Positions 48,836-62,865 of a DNA stretch of 64,000 bases are shown here, in pieces. The DNA comes from Squalus acanthias (taxonomy: Eukaryota), in NCBI GenBank assembly GCA_030390025.1, contig CM059430.1:74028001-74092000 (forward strand), written 5' to 3'. The position numbers were made by a program, and so were the translations under genes. The notes beneath the pieces were generated by a model that made no database searches, had not been told where the DNA came from, and saw only the letters and a list, made by a program, of their open reading frames with translations. Each line of letters begins with the position of its first letter. The stretch's first letter is position 1.

Positions 48836-50569
48836 AGTAGCTTCACGCCTTACATGGATTTCAATGCCGAGTGTATCGGCAAGGTATCGCTCGAGGGCAG
48901 CTTGTGGAGGAAAAGGGCAAATCGGACAGGAACTTCCGGATTACCACATTTAACTTCGCATGTGCGGACAACAGAAATTGCCGACCGATTTGCCCTATTC
49001 ATCCACAAGCTGCGCTCCAGCGATTGTAAGTGCTGACAGGATCACCATTATTCCTATCGCAAAATCTGTCCTAATGTCTCCATTTTAAAATTTCCAGATA
49101 ATTGGCCTGGAATTTGCTTTCTAAATTACAATCCTCCAAATATAGCGTAAGCAACACTTCACGGCCAAAATAAATAATATTTAAGCACTGAACTAGTGGA
49201 ATGCTTCGAGTATTTTTTTATGGATAGGAAACATGAAGACCGCGGCAGCAAGACACAAATAGATTGGAGGCATCTGATATGACTGTCAGAGTTACTGCTT
49301 GGAATTAGATTGTTTGACTTTGTCACAACACAGCTGTATCAAAATAACTGGACTTTTGAAGATTGAATTCATCATTACGAATCGCAAGCAGGCAGTTATT
49401 GATGACGTCGCTCCTCTCGTTCAGAATTGAGTTCCGGCATGGACACCGATTTGCCCCAGATTTGAGGCTTTTCAACCAGGTTAGTAAGGATTCAGTAGAA
49501 CTCTCTGACACTTGGAACAAAGCCACGCTGCATGCTCACGAACGGTCGATGTTACAGAGCTCTGCTATCGAAGCGAATTGCACTAATGCCGAAAACCAAA
49601 TTAATCTCCTTGATGTTAATCACAGTGGACTCATCTCTAAACAGCAGTAATGAAGTCAACAAGCATTGCGGGAGTCCCTTCACGACATGAACTGCAGCGG
49701 TTCAAGAAGAAGGCCACCACCACCTTCTCAAGGGCAAATAGATGTCGCAATAAATGTCGGTCTTGACATTAATTCCTATATACTGAGAATGCATTTTTTT
49801 TAAAGTATCTCAAATAGAACCACATTCAGCTGGGAACATATTGACACGGTCACTAATTTGCTGTTGCTTATATTTTAAATATGTTAAAGTAATAATTATT
49901 AATGGGTAGATAATAATTATTGGTTCATGCTATTTTATAAATAAAATGTCTGTCTATAAAAAAATCGTCCACACTTTCGTTCAATCTGTTTGCTAAAGAT
50001 TGATACAGCTCATTTAGATTTGGTTGAGGTTTAAAATCGATTTTGGGGGGTTGTAAGGCATTGTGTTTTTGATTGGATGAGGAGTTCGCATTCGACTGTT
50101 CATGAATATTTACACCAAATAAAATATTGCAATTGCCATTGCCCTACTTGTGCGTTTGAAGGAGCCTATTCCTAAAATGTTTAATTCCCCAGTAAAAGCA
50201 AGTATGGACCTACGCTCACCATTCTATAAATTGGTGCAATCCATAGCCTACCCAACCACTCTGTACAATACATTCCGACAGCCTGCATCCTTCTTTTGGT
50301 GATTACCTTAAATTCATTACCTCTAGTTATCAACTTACTGATTAGTGTTTTTTTTTGTTCCCACTTGTTTTTCAGAAGTCTCCATAATATAGAACACCTC
50401 AAACAGCTCTCGTCTTTGACTGGTCTGGCAAATAAGTCTGCAGAAATGTCACCCGTTTGCATTACTAATCTGTCTCATCCCTTACACCAATTTAATGAAA
50501 GTCTTTTCTACTCTCCGAAAGTTCCAGTCTTCATTCCCAAAGCAGTGCTCCCAAAACTGTAGGATTAAA

Positions 50570-51247
50570 TAATTTTTAAAAATATTTTAATATTTATTAA
50601 AACTCTTACGCTCGTAAAATAAGTCCATACGCCTGTTTTTATAGGCGTAAGAGTTTCACAGGCTTTTGCTTGGCAATTTTTGGGGAAATAGCCCAACTTT
50701 CCTCCAGCGAATGTACATTTCCTGGGGATGCGAATGATCTGTCAAGCTGACAATTTACAGATTCCAAATTCTGGGTTTTCGTGCCTGTGCAGTGCATCCG
50801 GAAACCCAGAAGCTCTGGGGCACTTACCGCAATATAATTATCAAGCCTGGTAAAAGTAGTTGTAAGGCCTGCTTTTAACAGAATAAGAGTTTAAAATCTT
50901 TAACAAAATAGCATTTTAACTAATTTTATATAAGGAATAGTTTTTCTTTATCTATTTTAGTTTGCTGCAGTCATCCCCAATCATGGTTTTGACAGTTCTG
51001 TGAGAACGAAACTCTTTAAAGTATTAAGGGGGATTCCCTTGTTCCATTGATTTTCCTGGCCCACATGATCCCAGGTGCGCTGATCAATCGCATGCGCGCC
51101 TGGGATACATGGGCCTCTGCGCATTTCGAAGAGGAGAAGGCCAGGATCGCAAGCCTCTGTATCCACGGGAGCTGCAGGTAAGTTCGTAGATATTTTTCCC
51201 ATCGGAGGTATCCGCCCGCAGGAACCTCGGATCGGTAATTCAGCGCC
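50570..51247. mobile_element. Harbinger-like TIR element, rearranged, left end missing
   Basis: Right end GATCGGTAATTCAGCGCC followed by ATT; family motifs GGCCCACATGATCCCAGG and CGCATGCG. Confidence 0.65.
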
Positions 51248-51421
51248 ATTATGTCTAAGAATGTAAAGTACAGTTTTGATTGCTAGGAACGCCACTTACC
51301 ATACACAACTCGTTCGTGCCGCATCCATCAACAAATTTGCTCTCGTAACATAAACACTACATAGTTCTGTACACTTACATTCTTCAGATGAAAGAAAAGT
51401 GCTCCATAGAGTAGAACACGA

Positions 51422-52039
51422 GGGCCCAGAATTGCGGTCGGAGGCTTTCCGCGGTCTGATGCCTCCGACCTGTGAAAAAATCAACGAATTTTCCTGGTGG
51501 CCTGGGATGTATGGAGACTTGCGATATTTGGCCTCTCCGTGTATGCGCGGGCAGAGGCCCACGTATTCCAGGGGCGCATGCGATTCGCATGCGCCCCTGG
51601 GATCACGTGGGCCAGCCCAACCAATAAAAGAAGGGAATTCCCATTCATATTATGGGAGTTCCGTACGTAAGTGATCCCCATCCCTATGACTGAGGATCAC
51701 TTTAAAATACACGAACACATGACATACATTTATTAAAAATTACATACTGAAATTAATTAAAATGCCATTTAATGAAATATTATAAGCAAAAATGTAATAT
51801 TTGAAAAAAGAATTTTTTTAAACGATCTAAAAATAAACTTTCTTTATGGCTGCTTTTTCCAGGCGTAAGATTTTCACGGGCTCACGGGCATCCAGCAGGT
51901 GGAAGTTGGACAACTTGCGCAACTCTACACCTGCAGTGGCACTTCTCCCGGGGATGCGTAGGATCTGTCAAGAAGATCCTTGACCGATCGCAAATTCCGG
52001 GTTTTAGCGCTTGCCCGTAGGGGTCGCAAAATACAGCCC
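51422..52039. mobile_element. Harbinger-like TIR element
   Basis: GGGCCCAGAATTGCGGTC / GTCGCAAAATACAGCCC; GGGATCACGTGGGCC followed by CCAAT. Confidence 0.75.
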
Positions 52040-53022
52040 TAGATATTTACCAGTTGTCAAGGGTTGTTGCTACGTATTGGTAAGAAAGAGCCTTTCTCCA
52101 CTAAACAATTATATCCTGATGTATAAGGTAAACTTCTCACCCCTGTTCAGTGCTACAGAGTCACGAACTGAGTGGTTTTCTGAGAAATATCTTGGACAGC
52201 TGGCGCCAATAGATTTCGTAGGACAACATCTATTTAAATACAGAAGGACGCAAAGTGTTATAAGAGTTATAAGAACAACGCAGAAACAAACAGATTAATG
52301 CAACGTAAAGGAAATAATTTAAAACGTGTTCAATAAACAGAAGCAAGATGAAGTAGGTTGTAGAATTGGCGACAATTGCTCCTCTATGTTGAATTTCACC
52401 CGATGTATTTTCAGAATAATTATAAGGACTAGCAGAATAAATAGTTCCAAAATGATCCGCTATCTCGCTCACACATACACGCGCATACTCAACTAAAAAT
52501 ATTTGTGAATTAATTCAGAAATCTAATTTAGGAATGAGTGTTCTGTTGAATCGTTGAAGCTCTGTGAAATTACATATAAAATAACATGAACAGGTGATAA
52601 ACATAAATACAACAGGTCCCAATCAAAGAAATGAAAAATCTGTACATTAATCATTGGCGGTTTTACGGACAGTTAAACAATTCATTACAATTCATTCCGG
52701 AGCTAATAGAAAGAGCAACTGTCTTCATCTAATCCCCTTTCGCTGCTGCAAACAGGCCATGCGCATGATTGCATTAACCGTAAAATGTTCGCAGGTAATT
52801 TATAGGCAATTGGTTGGCAATTAACCCAACTCTACACCAGCAATTGGGTTTTCCAAGGTGGTGTGGATCATCTGTAAAGGCGAAACTGGACAGAACGCAA
52901 TTCGGGATTTAGCGAATGCACAAGCGCATGCGGAATTCCCGAACTTGCGGTAAATTTCATAGGTAGTTTGATGGCATACTCTCAGAGTACCCCGTCATAA
53001 CCACCGCGAAATCTGCCCGAAT

Positions 53023-54354
53023 GGGCGATATTTTGCTACCCCCACGGGTGCGTACGAGGTGCGCACGCGCCTGTAGTGGCCACGCAAGTGCCGGGTTTTG
53101 GCATGCGAAGCGCATGCGCTGAAACAAGGCACTTGCGATCTGGCACTGAAATCTTCTTGACAGATCCTCCGCCTCTCTGGCAAAAGGGCCTCTCCAAGTA
53201 TAGATTGCGCTTTTTGCACAAATTCCGCAGGCTGAAAGTCTATGGAATTTTTACGCCTGGTAAAAGCAGGCATAAGGCCTCCTTCTCCCAGCATAAGGGT
53301 TTTAGCAAATAGAAAAATAAAATGTTATCACTCACGTATGCATTAAAAACCCTGTGCAATAAGATAACATTATTTTTAACCCCGTTTAAACTGATAACTT
53401 GAAATGATTATTTAAAATATTTAATTTAATGCCCTTTTAATTAATTTTATATGTGTAAAAAAATGGCCCAGAAATTAAACATCGATGGTTCGCGCGGGGG
53501 TAAGGATTCCCCGCGAAAATCGCACTCTGCGCCTACCTTTTTGTTTGGGGCACACACGAACTTTAGTTCCAGAGCCTCTCCCTGTTGCAACCGTGCAGTG
53601 CTTGCGTTTCCCAGAGGCGCAATGAGTTCGTGCGAGCTCTGGAATCACGTGATTCAGTGAGAGCCAATGGCAGCACACCATCTTTCATTCATAGTTTTGA
53701 CAGCAAGGGCTGGCAAAGCTATGAATACTACAAACCACCAAAAGAACAGCTAAAACTCAATTAAATTAAAAAAAAGTAATCACATTAATAAAATAAGTAT
53801 AGTTAAATAAATTAACCACATTAAACAAAAAAATATTTTTTGAAAAAAATTTAAATCTTTTTAAAAGTTATAAAAATAAACTTACCTTTCTTTAAAGTCT
53901 CTAAAAAATATAAACCTGTTGAAAACCGCCCCCTTTGCAATTCACGAAGTGCCGGTTTCCCGCGCATTCGCAGTGCATGCAGGAAACCGGCAATTCGGGA
54001 CCTAATACGCGAGTGTACACAGTGCGTACTCTCGCGTATTAGGTTTAATTTTCGGGATTGTTGCATATGGTCGTGTATTTTTTAAGTCAACCCCATTCAA
54101 ACTTTTGACAGTTCCGTACGTACAGAAATGTCAAAAGTATGAATGGTGATTCCCTTCTTTCATATTTGGGCTGGCCCACGTGATCCCAGGTCCGCTCCCG
54201 AACCACATGCCAACGAGGATAAGTGGACCACTCCGCATTTCTACCAGGAGAGGCCCAGGAGCGCAAGCCTTCGTATCTCGCGGACCACCAGGTAAAAAAA
54301 TTGATGATCAGAGGCATCCACCCGCGGGAAGCCTCCGATCTAAAATTCAGGTAC
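53023..54354. mobile_element. Harbinger-like TIR element (outer) with a nested copy at 53465-54058
   Basis: Outer flanks AAT/AAT. The inner copy begins GGCCCAGAAATTAAAC after AAT and closely resembles 24639-25336 and the reverse complement of 58796-59557. Confidence 0.8.
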
Positions 54355-54719
54355 AATAAAGGCGTGTTCCTGCACGCTCCTCCTAAAAGTTAGAACATGA
54401 CTTTTAGCAAGTGTTCAGTCTGCATGAAAATATGTGCCAATACAATTTACGCCAGCGGCAAGCATAAACAGGAATTCCCAGTGATTGGTTTGGAATGACA
54501 GAGTCCACTCTGCTTGCTCGGCGGTTTTCATGTGCCACATGGTTATTTGGTTCGGCATGTATGAGCAGTAATAAGTTGCAGAGGAATAATAGTCAATAAA
54601 GTTATGCGTTAATAGTAACTCAAACGATACCAAACAAGGCATTTATACAGCCTTTTTCTGGGGAGCAACATCAAGTCCGATTGCTTTCATCAAGTCCCGA
54701 GTCCAGGCAAATTGCAGAA

Positions 54720-57700
54720 GGCAGCGATAAAGGGGAATCAATTATCTGAATATGCACTGGGGAAATAACATTGTTTAGGGCAAAGAATGGTCGTAATTTC
54801 TGAAATGTGTACAATATAACATGGCTGATCAGTTTATTTCCAGGCCAAAGAGGAACGAAGCAGTACTGGATTTAGTTCTGGGGCATGAAGTCAGGAAGGT
54901 GGAGCATGTTTCAGTGAGAAACAGCATTTGGGATGCAGAGATTACAATATCTGCTGTACTAAATAAGCACTTACCATCTGTCTTCACGAATGAAGAGAAT
55001 GCTGTCTCTGTCACAGAACAGGAGGTGTTAGTGGCGTAACTGGATAGGATAAAAATACATAAAGAGGAGGGCACGCTTAAAATAGAGAAATCACTCGGTC
55101 CAGATAGGCTTATTCTTAGGTTGGTGAATGAAGTAAGGGTGGAAATTGTAGAGGCTCAGGCCACAATCTTCCAATCCTCCTCAGGTATGGGAGTGGTGAC
55201 AGAGGACCTAAGGTTAAAGGCAACTCTTGTTTTACTAACTTAACTGAGTTATTGATGAATTAACGGAAAGTGTGCATGAGGATTTGCGGTTCATGTTGTG
55301 TATATTGTCTTTCAAAAAGCGTTTGATAAAGCACCACGTAATATACAGTTAGCAAAATTGAAACCCATAGGATTAAAGGGGTTGTGGCTAGATTGATACG
55401 AGATTGACAAAGGGTTAGAAAGCAAAGATTAGTGGTGAAAGGTTGTTTTACGGACTGGAGGTAAGTGCGCATTGTTGCATCCCAGGGGACAGTGCTCTTG
55501 TTGATTGGAGATGATACAGTCAGAAACGGGAGAATTTATAATGCGGAACAAAGAAATTCAGAGCAATTTAACAAATACTTTGGTTCTGTCTTCACGGAAG
55601 AGAACATAAGTAACTTCCCGGAAATGATAGGGAACCAAGGATCTAGTGAGAAGGAGGAATTAAAGGAAATTATTATTAGTAAAACAAATAGTGCTGGAGA
55701 AATTAAATGGGAATGAAAGCTGATAAATCCCCAGGGCCTGATAATCTGCATTCCAGTGTACTAAAAGTGTTAACCATGGAAATAGTGGATGCATTGTTTG
55801 TCATCTTCCAAAATTCTACAGATTATGGAACAGTTCCTGCAGATTGGAAGATGGCAAATGTAACCCCACTATTTCAAAAAGGAGGGAGAGAGAAAACAGG
55901 GAACTACAGACCGGTTAGCCTAACCTCAGTTGTAGGGAAAATTCTAGAGTTCATTTTAAAGATGTGATAACAGGACACTTCCAAAATATCAACGGGATTA
56001 GACAAAGTCAACATAGATTTATGACAGGGTAATCGTGTTTGACAAACCTAATGGATGTAACTGTTAGAATAGATAAAGGAGAACAAGTGAATGTGGTGTA
56101 ATTGGATTTTCAGCAGGCCTTTGATAAAGTCTCACATAAGAGGTTAGTGTGCAAAATTAAAGCACATGGGATTGTAGGTAATATACCAGCATGGATTGAA
56201 AATGGTAACAGACAGGAAACAGAGAGTAGGAATAAATGTGTCTTTTTCGTTGTGGCAGGCGGTTAGTAGTGGGGTACCTCATGGATCAGTGCTTGGGCCC
56301 CAGCTATTCACAATATATATCAATGATTTGGATGAGGGAACCAAATGTAATGTTTCCAAGTTTGCTGACTACACGAAACTAGGTGGGATTGTGACTTGTC
56401 AGTTGGATGCAAGGAGGCTTCAAGGCTGTTTAGACAAATTGAGTGAGTGGGCAAATACATGGCAGATGCAGTATATTTGGTTAAATGTGAAGTTAGCCAC
56501 TTCGGTAGGAAAAACAGAAGGTAGAGTATTATTTAAATAATGATAGATTGGGAAATGCTGATGTAAAAAGGGACCTGGGTGTCCTTGCACACCATTCACT
56601 GAAAGCAAACATGCAGGTGCAGCAAGCAGTTAGGAAGGCAAATGGTATGTCGGCCTTCATTGCAAGAGGATTTGAGTACAGGAGCAAGGATGTCTCACTA
56701 CAGTTATACCTTGGTGAGGCCACACCTGGAGTACGGTTTACTACATGGGGTATACTTCCCTTAAAGGGAGTGCAGCGATGGCTCACGAAACTGATTCCTG
56801 GGATGGCAGGACTGTCGTCTGAGGAGGGATCGGTCGACTTGGTCTGTATTCACTAGAGTTTAGAAGAATGAGAGGGGATCGCATTGAAACGTATTAAATT
56901 CTGACAGATCTAGACAGATTGGATGCAGGGAGGATGTTTCCCCTGGCTGCGGGGTCTAGAACGAGGGGTCACAGTCTCAGGATACGGAGTATGATATTTA
57001 GGACTGAGATGAGGAGAAATGTGTGTTGAACCTGTGGAATTCTCTACCACAGAAGGCTGTGGAAGCCAAGTCACTGAATATATTTAAGGAAGAGATAGAT
57101 ACATTTCCAGACACATAAGGCATCAAGGGGTATGGGGAGAGAGGGGGAATATGTTGTTGAGATAGAGGATCAGCCATTATCATCTTGAATGTCTGAGCAG
57201 ACTCGAAGGGCCGAATGGCCTACTCCTGCTCCTATTTGTCTATGTTTCTATATTTCTATACTAAACTCGTAAATGTAGTAAACGGTGAGTAGGACATCAG
57301 TAGAAATCAGGAGGGCACAGACAGGCTGGTCAAATGGGAAGTCACGTGGCAAATGAATTTTAACGCGTAGAAGCGTGAAGTGATTCATTTTGGGTGGAAA
57401 AATGAGGAGGGCAATATAAACTAAATAGTGCTATTTAAAAGGGTTTTCCCGAATAAAGAGACCTGAGAGTGTACATATACACGATTTTAAGGTGGAAGGA
57501 CAAGTTGAGAAGGCTGTTAAAATAAATACAGTAACCTTGGCTTTACAAATAGAGTACAAAAGCAAGGAGAACATGCTAAGACTTTATAAAACACTGGTTA
57601 ATCCCCAGCCGCAGGATTATTGCCAATACTGGGCACGACACTTCAGGAAAAATGTCAAGGCCTTAGAAATGGTGCACCGAACAGTACCAGCGATGAAAGA

Positions 57701-58245
57701 CTTCAGTTACGTGGATAGACTAACAAAAAAGCAGAGTAAGAAAAGGGGAGATTTGATGGAGGTGTTCAAAATCATGAAGGTTTTAGATTGACTAAATAAA
57801 GAGAAACTTTGTACAGTGGCAGCAGGGTGGATAAAGATTAAGGTAATTGGCAAAATAACCTGAGTCGACATGACAAAAAAAAATACACCACGACATGTTA
57901 TGATCTGGAATGCACTTCCTGAAAGGGTGCTGGAAGCAGATACAAAAATAACTTTCAAAAAGGAATTGGATCAATACTTGAATAGGAAAAAAAAATGCAG
58001 AACTATGGGGAAAGAACCTGGGAGTCGGACTACTTAGATAGCTCTATTAAGGAGCCGGCTTAGACACGTTGGGACGAATGGCCTCTTTATGTGCTGCATT
58101 CTACTATGATTATAAGGTTATTAACGCTCACATTACCAAGGCAGGTAGATGGGTGTAAGATGTATATTGGCACTGATATAACTGAATGGGGTAACAGGCT
58201 CGAAGAGCTGAATGACCTACTCCTGTTACTATTTTCGTATGTTCT
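54720..58245 (+). mobile_element. CR1 cluster: an older copy (54720-55500, resuming 57260-58110) split by a younger copy (55500-57260), then a short 3' tail
   Basis: Younger copy has KSPGPDNLH, NYRPVSLTSVVGKILE, SSGVPHGSVLGP, SKFADYTKL and a TTTCTATG tail at about 57240-57260. Older RT sequence resumes directly after it. Confidence 0.85.
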
Positions 58246-58795
58246 AACACTGCAGGTACATTGCATGAATGTGCAGGAAGCTGGCACCTGGAGTCGATTG
58301 CGCAGTATCGCAGCAGTTGCGGAGTTGTTGTTGGCACTGCTAAATGGGCTACTACAGTATTGGGATTCCATTTTTTGTATAGTGTCAGAAATTTGTCGAA
58401 AGCAGAACTTGGATGGATTTTAGACGGAAGTAGTTTGATGCCAAGATCAAGGTCAATCAAACTGCCGAATTCAGCCTCGCAGCTTCTTCGGTATGATTTG
58501 TCGCAAATGAGGGTCGGTTTTGACATGGAGCACCTGAAGCACAAATATTTATCTCCACTTGCTGTAAGTGGTTAGGCTATTTAATGAGAGCATTGATCAT
58601 TAATGCAGCTTCCACCAACGGCTAATTGCACGTTTCATGCCCATTGACGTAAATGCAAGTTGAGGTGCAGGATAATTATTTACATGGCTATGAATGAATC
58701 CCGCAGACTACAAAGAGATTTCATTTTCCTTTTTTTCAGAAAAGAGCTGCGCATAAGCTAAGAATAGGCAGATGGAGGATCTGCAAAGACTCAAT

Positions 58796-59557
58796 GGCCC
58801 GAAAATTAGACCTCATACGGGAGATTACGCACTGTGTACTCTCGCGTATTAGGTCCCTGAAGTGCCGGTTTCCTGCATGCACTGTGCATGCACGGAAACC
58901 AGCACTTCGGATATTGCGAAGGGGGCGGTTCCTAAGTGAACCGCGTGCGCACTGCAGGTTGTGCGCACGCAGCGCACTTAGTTTTTTTTCAGGTTTGAAC
59001 GCGCAGGTAAGTGTTGAAGATTTTACACATAAAGAAAGCAGGCGTAAGACCCCCTTTTAATAAGGTAAGTAGATAAGTAAGTATTATTTTAAATTTTTTT
59101 CAACAGGTTTATCTTTTTTAGAGACTTTAAAGAAAGGTAAGTTTATTTTTATAACTTTTAAAAAGAATTTAAATTTTTTAACAAATTAAATTATTTTTTA
59201 AAGTGTTTAATTTATTTAACTATAGTTATTTTATTAATGTATTGGCTTTTTTTTAAATTTAATTGAGGTTTAGCTGTTCTTTTGGGGTCTTGTTGTAATC
59301 AGAGCTTTGACAGCTCTTGCTGTCAAAACTATGAATGAAAGATGGTGTGCTGCCATTTGCTCCAACTGGCCCACGTGATCCCAAACTCGCATCGAACGAA
59401 CTGCGCCTCTGGGACACGCACACACTGCGCACCGGCAACAGTGAGAGGCCCAGCAATTGAAGTTTGTGTGTGCGGGAACCATAAAGGCAGGCGCGGAGTG
59501 CGATATCGTGGGGGATCCTTAACCCCGCGGCAACCATCGAATTCCAATTTCTGGGCC
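58796..59557. mobile_element. Harbinger-like TIR element, apparently full-length representative
   Basis: GGCCCGAAAATT / AATTTCTGGGCC; flanks AAT/ATT. Confidence 0.88.
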
Positions 59558-60079
59558 ATTGCTTCAGCTGGTACTTCCACATTCCAGGCTCAGTGTTCTC
59601 TACTTGGTCTTTTTGACACAAATGGAAACCAAAATCTGGCGCGATATAAAACGAGCTGACAATTCGACAGTTGCTCGTTTTCGCCTACTTGCGTCGATCA
59701 ATTTAACCCTTTATTGTCTGATTCACTTCACCTCTCTATTCATCTACATGCTTCATTATATTTGCACGCTTTCCATATCCGCATTCCTTACATTTCCTCG
59801 AAAAATATATTGCCTCGCACTTCTATTCATCATTTTGCATTTGCTTCATACCTGCCCTATCTGATAATCTTTTCGGTTCTTCCTGAAATATTTTATCGTT
59901 TTCGCCTTGTTTGTCCCAACTCAATCCTTCCGATAATTGTTCCCTTTTCCCGAGTCAAAATAATGTAAAGGTTACATTTGCAATGCATCACCCGGGCATA
60001 GATCCGGAGCTGCAGGTTGTCCATACTTTATAGAATTCTGTGATAGTTGTTGCCATTGCAAACAGCTCTTAAGCATAAT

Positions 60080-62860
60080 CAGTGGACCACTGGAAGCCAC
60101 AGAGAAAACGGCCCCAGAGACGTTTTTGAGGGAGGGGCAGGCCTGGCAGCTCAATATTCCGGGGTATAGAATCTTCAGGCGAGACAGAGGTGGGTGTAAA
60201 GAGGAGTGGGTGTGGCAATATTAATCGAGGAGTCAATTACTGCTGTAAGGAGGGATGATATCTTAGCAGGCTCCTCTAATGAGGACATATGGGTAGAACT
60301 TAAAAACAAAATGGGTGCAAGCACTTTGCTGGGAGTGTACTGTCGGCCCCCAAACAGTCAGGGGGAGATAGAGGAACAGATAAGTCGGCAAATCTCAGAA
60401 AAGTGTACAAATAATAGGGTAATAATAGTAGGGGATTTCAACTTCCCCAATATTAACTGGTATGGTCAGATTGTGAAAGGCTTAGAGGGTGTGGACATCT
60501 TAAAGTGCCTCCAGGAGAGCTTTTTGAGCCAGCATGTCGAAAGTCCTACAAGAGTGGGGGAGCTACTGGACCTAATTTTAGGGAATGTTGCCCTGCAAGT
60601 GGGAGAAGTGTTAGCAGGAGAGCACTTTGGTGACAGTGACCATAATTCGGTGAGATTTAAATTAGTCAAGGAGAAGGACAAAGATGGACCGGAAATAAAG
60701 GTTCTAAATTGGGGGAAGAACGATTTTAATATGATAAGTCAGGATATGGCCAAAGTAGACTGGGACCAGCTACTTGTCGGAAAATGCACACCAGAGCAGT
60801 GGGAGTCCTTCAGAAAGGAAATAGAGAGAGTACAACGGCAACATCTTCCCGTAAAGGTCAAGGTGGGACCAACAAGCCCAGGGCACCCTGGATTTTAAGG
60901 GATATACGAGAATTGATTAGGAAAAAAAGGGAGGCTTTCGGCAGATACAGAGGACTATGATCAGTGGAAGCCCTAGAGGAGTATAGAAAGTGCAGGGGGG
61001 TGATTAAAAAGGAAATTAGGAGAGCGAAGAGGGACATGAAATAACACTGGCGGGCAAAATAAAGGAAAATCCTAAATTGTGTTATAAGTATATTAAGGGC
61101 AAGAGGATAACCAGGGAAAGAGTAGGGCACATTAGGAACCAAAGTGGCAATGTGTGTGTGGAGCCAGAAGAAGTTGGTGGGGTTTGACATGAATATTTTG
61201 CATCTGTGTTCACTATGGAGATGACGATGTCGGCATAGAAATCAGGCAGGGGGATTCTGATATACTTGAACAAATTAGTATTGAGAGGGAGGTGGTACTA
61301 GCGGTTTTAGCGGGCTTAAAAGTGGGTAAATCCCCAGCACCTGACGAGATGTATCCCAGCCTGCTGTGTGAGGCAAGGGAGGAGATTGATGGAGCTCTGA
61401 CACAAATTTTCAGAACCTGTCTGGCCACAGGGGAGGTGCCAGAGGACTGGAGAACAGCTAACGTAGTACCATTATTCAAGAAGGGTAATTGGGATAAACC
61501 AGGGAATTACAGAGCAGTGAGCCTAACATCAGTGGTAGAGAAATTATTGGAAAAAATTCTGAGCGACAGAATAAGTCTCCACTTGGAGAGGCAAGGATTA
61601 ATCAAGAATAGTCAGCATGGCTTTGTCAGGGGGAGATCATGTCTGACCAATTTGATTGCATTTTACGAGGGGTTGACTAGGTGTGTGGAAGAGGGTCGTG
61701 CATTTGATGTGTTCAACACGGACTTCAGTAAGGCTTTTGACAAAGTCCCGCATGCGAGACAGGTCAAGAAGGTAAGAGCCCATGGGATCCAGGGCAACTT
61801 GGCACATTGGATCCAAATTTGGCTTAATGGCAGGAGGCAGAGGGTGATGTTCGAAGATTGTTTTTGTGACTGGAAGCCTGTGTCCAGTGGTGTACTGCAG
61901 GGATCGGTTCTGGCTACCTTGCTGCTTGTAGTGTACATTAATGATCTAGATATGAATTTAGGAGGTATGATCAGTAAGTTCGCAGATGACACGAACATTT
62001 TTGGGGTGGTAAATAGCGAGCAGGGTAACCTCAGGCTGCAGGACGATATAGCCGGTTTGGTCAGATGGGCAGAACAGTGGCAAATGGGATTTATCCCTGA
62101 AAAGTGTGAGGTGATGCATTTTGGGAGGATTAACAAGGCATGGGAATACACAATGAATGGTTCGACCCTAGGAAGGACAAAGGATCAGTGGGACCTCGGT
62201 GTGTTTGTACATAGATACCTGAAGGTAGCTGGACAGGTAGATAAGGTGGTTAAAAAGGCATATGGAGCTGTACAAAACACTAGTTAGGCCACAGTTGGAA
62301 TACAGTGCGCAGTTCTGGTCGCCACACTATAGGAAGGATGTGATTGCATTGGAGAGGGTACAGAGGAGATTCATCAGGATGTTACCTGGGCTGCAGCGCT
62401 TCAGCTATGAAGAGAGACGGGACAGGCTGCGGTTGTTTTCCTTAGAGCAGAGAAGGCTGAGAGGGGACCTGAGTGAGGTGTACAAAATTATGAGGGGCAT
62501 AGATAGGGTAGATAGAAAGGAACTTTTTCACTTAGTAGAGGGGTCAATAACCAAGGGGCATAGTTTCAAGCTAAGTGGCAGGAGGCTTAGAGGGGATTTG
62601 AGGAAAAACTTTTTCACCCAGAGGGTGGTTGGAATCTGGAACTCACTGCCTGACAGGATGGTAGAGGCAGGAACCCTCACGACATTCAAGAAGCATTTCG
62701 ATGAGCACTTGAAACGCCACAGCATACAAGGCTACGGACCAAGTGCTGGAAAATGGGATTAGAATAAATAGGGCTTGATGGCCGGTGCGAACCCGATGGG
62801 CCGAAGGGCCTCTTTCTGTGCTGTATAACTCTATGACGCTATGACTCTATGACTCCATGC
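60080..62860 (+). mobile_element. CR1-type LINE, near-complete ORF2 (APE endonuclease and RT) plus 3' UTR
   Basis: ORFs 60206..60898 (GVYCRPP, GDFNFP, SDHN), 61292..62287 (DFSKAFD, QGSVL, FADDT) and 62262..62762; tail (CTCTATGA)n at about 62829-62858. Confidence 0.95.
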
Positions 62861-62865
62861 TTTTA

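Noticed and set aside
58128-58544. ORF with SKPTL..C..E.GSL reminiscent of a C2-set Ig start
   Set aside because: No Trp or YxC at the expected spacing; partly overlaps a CR1 tail.
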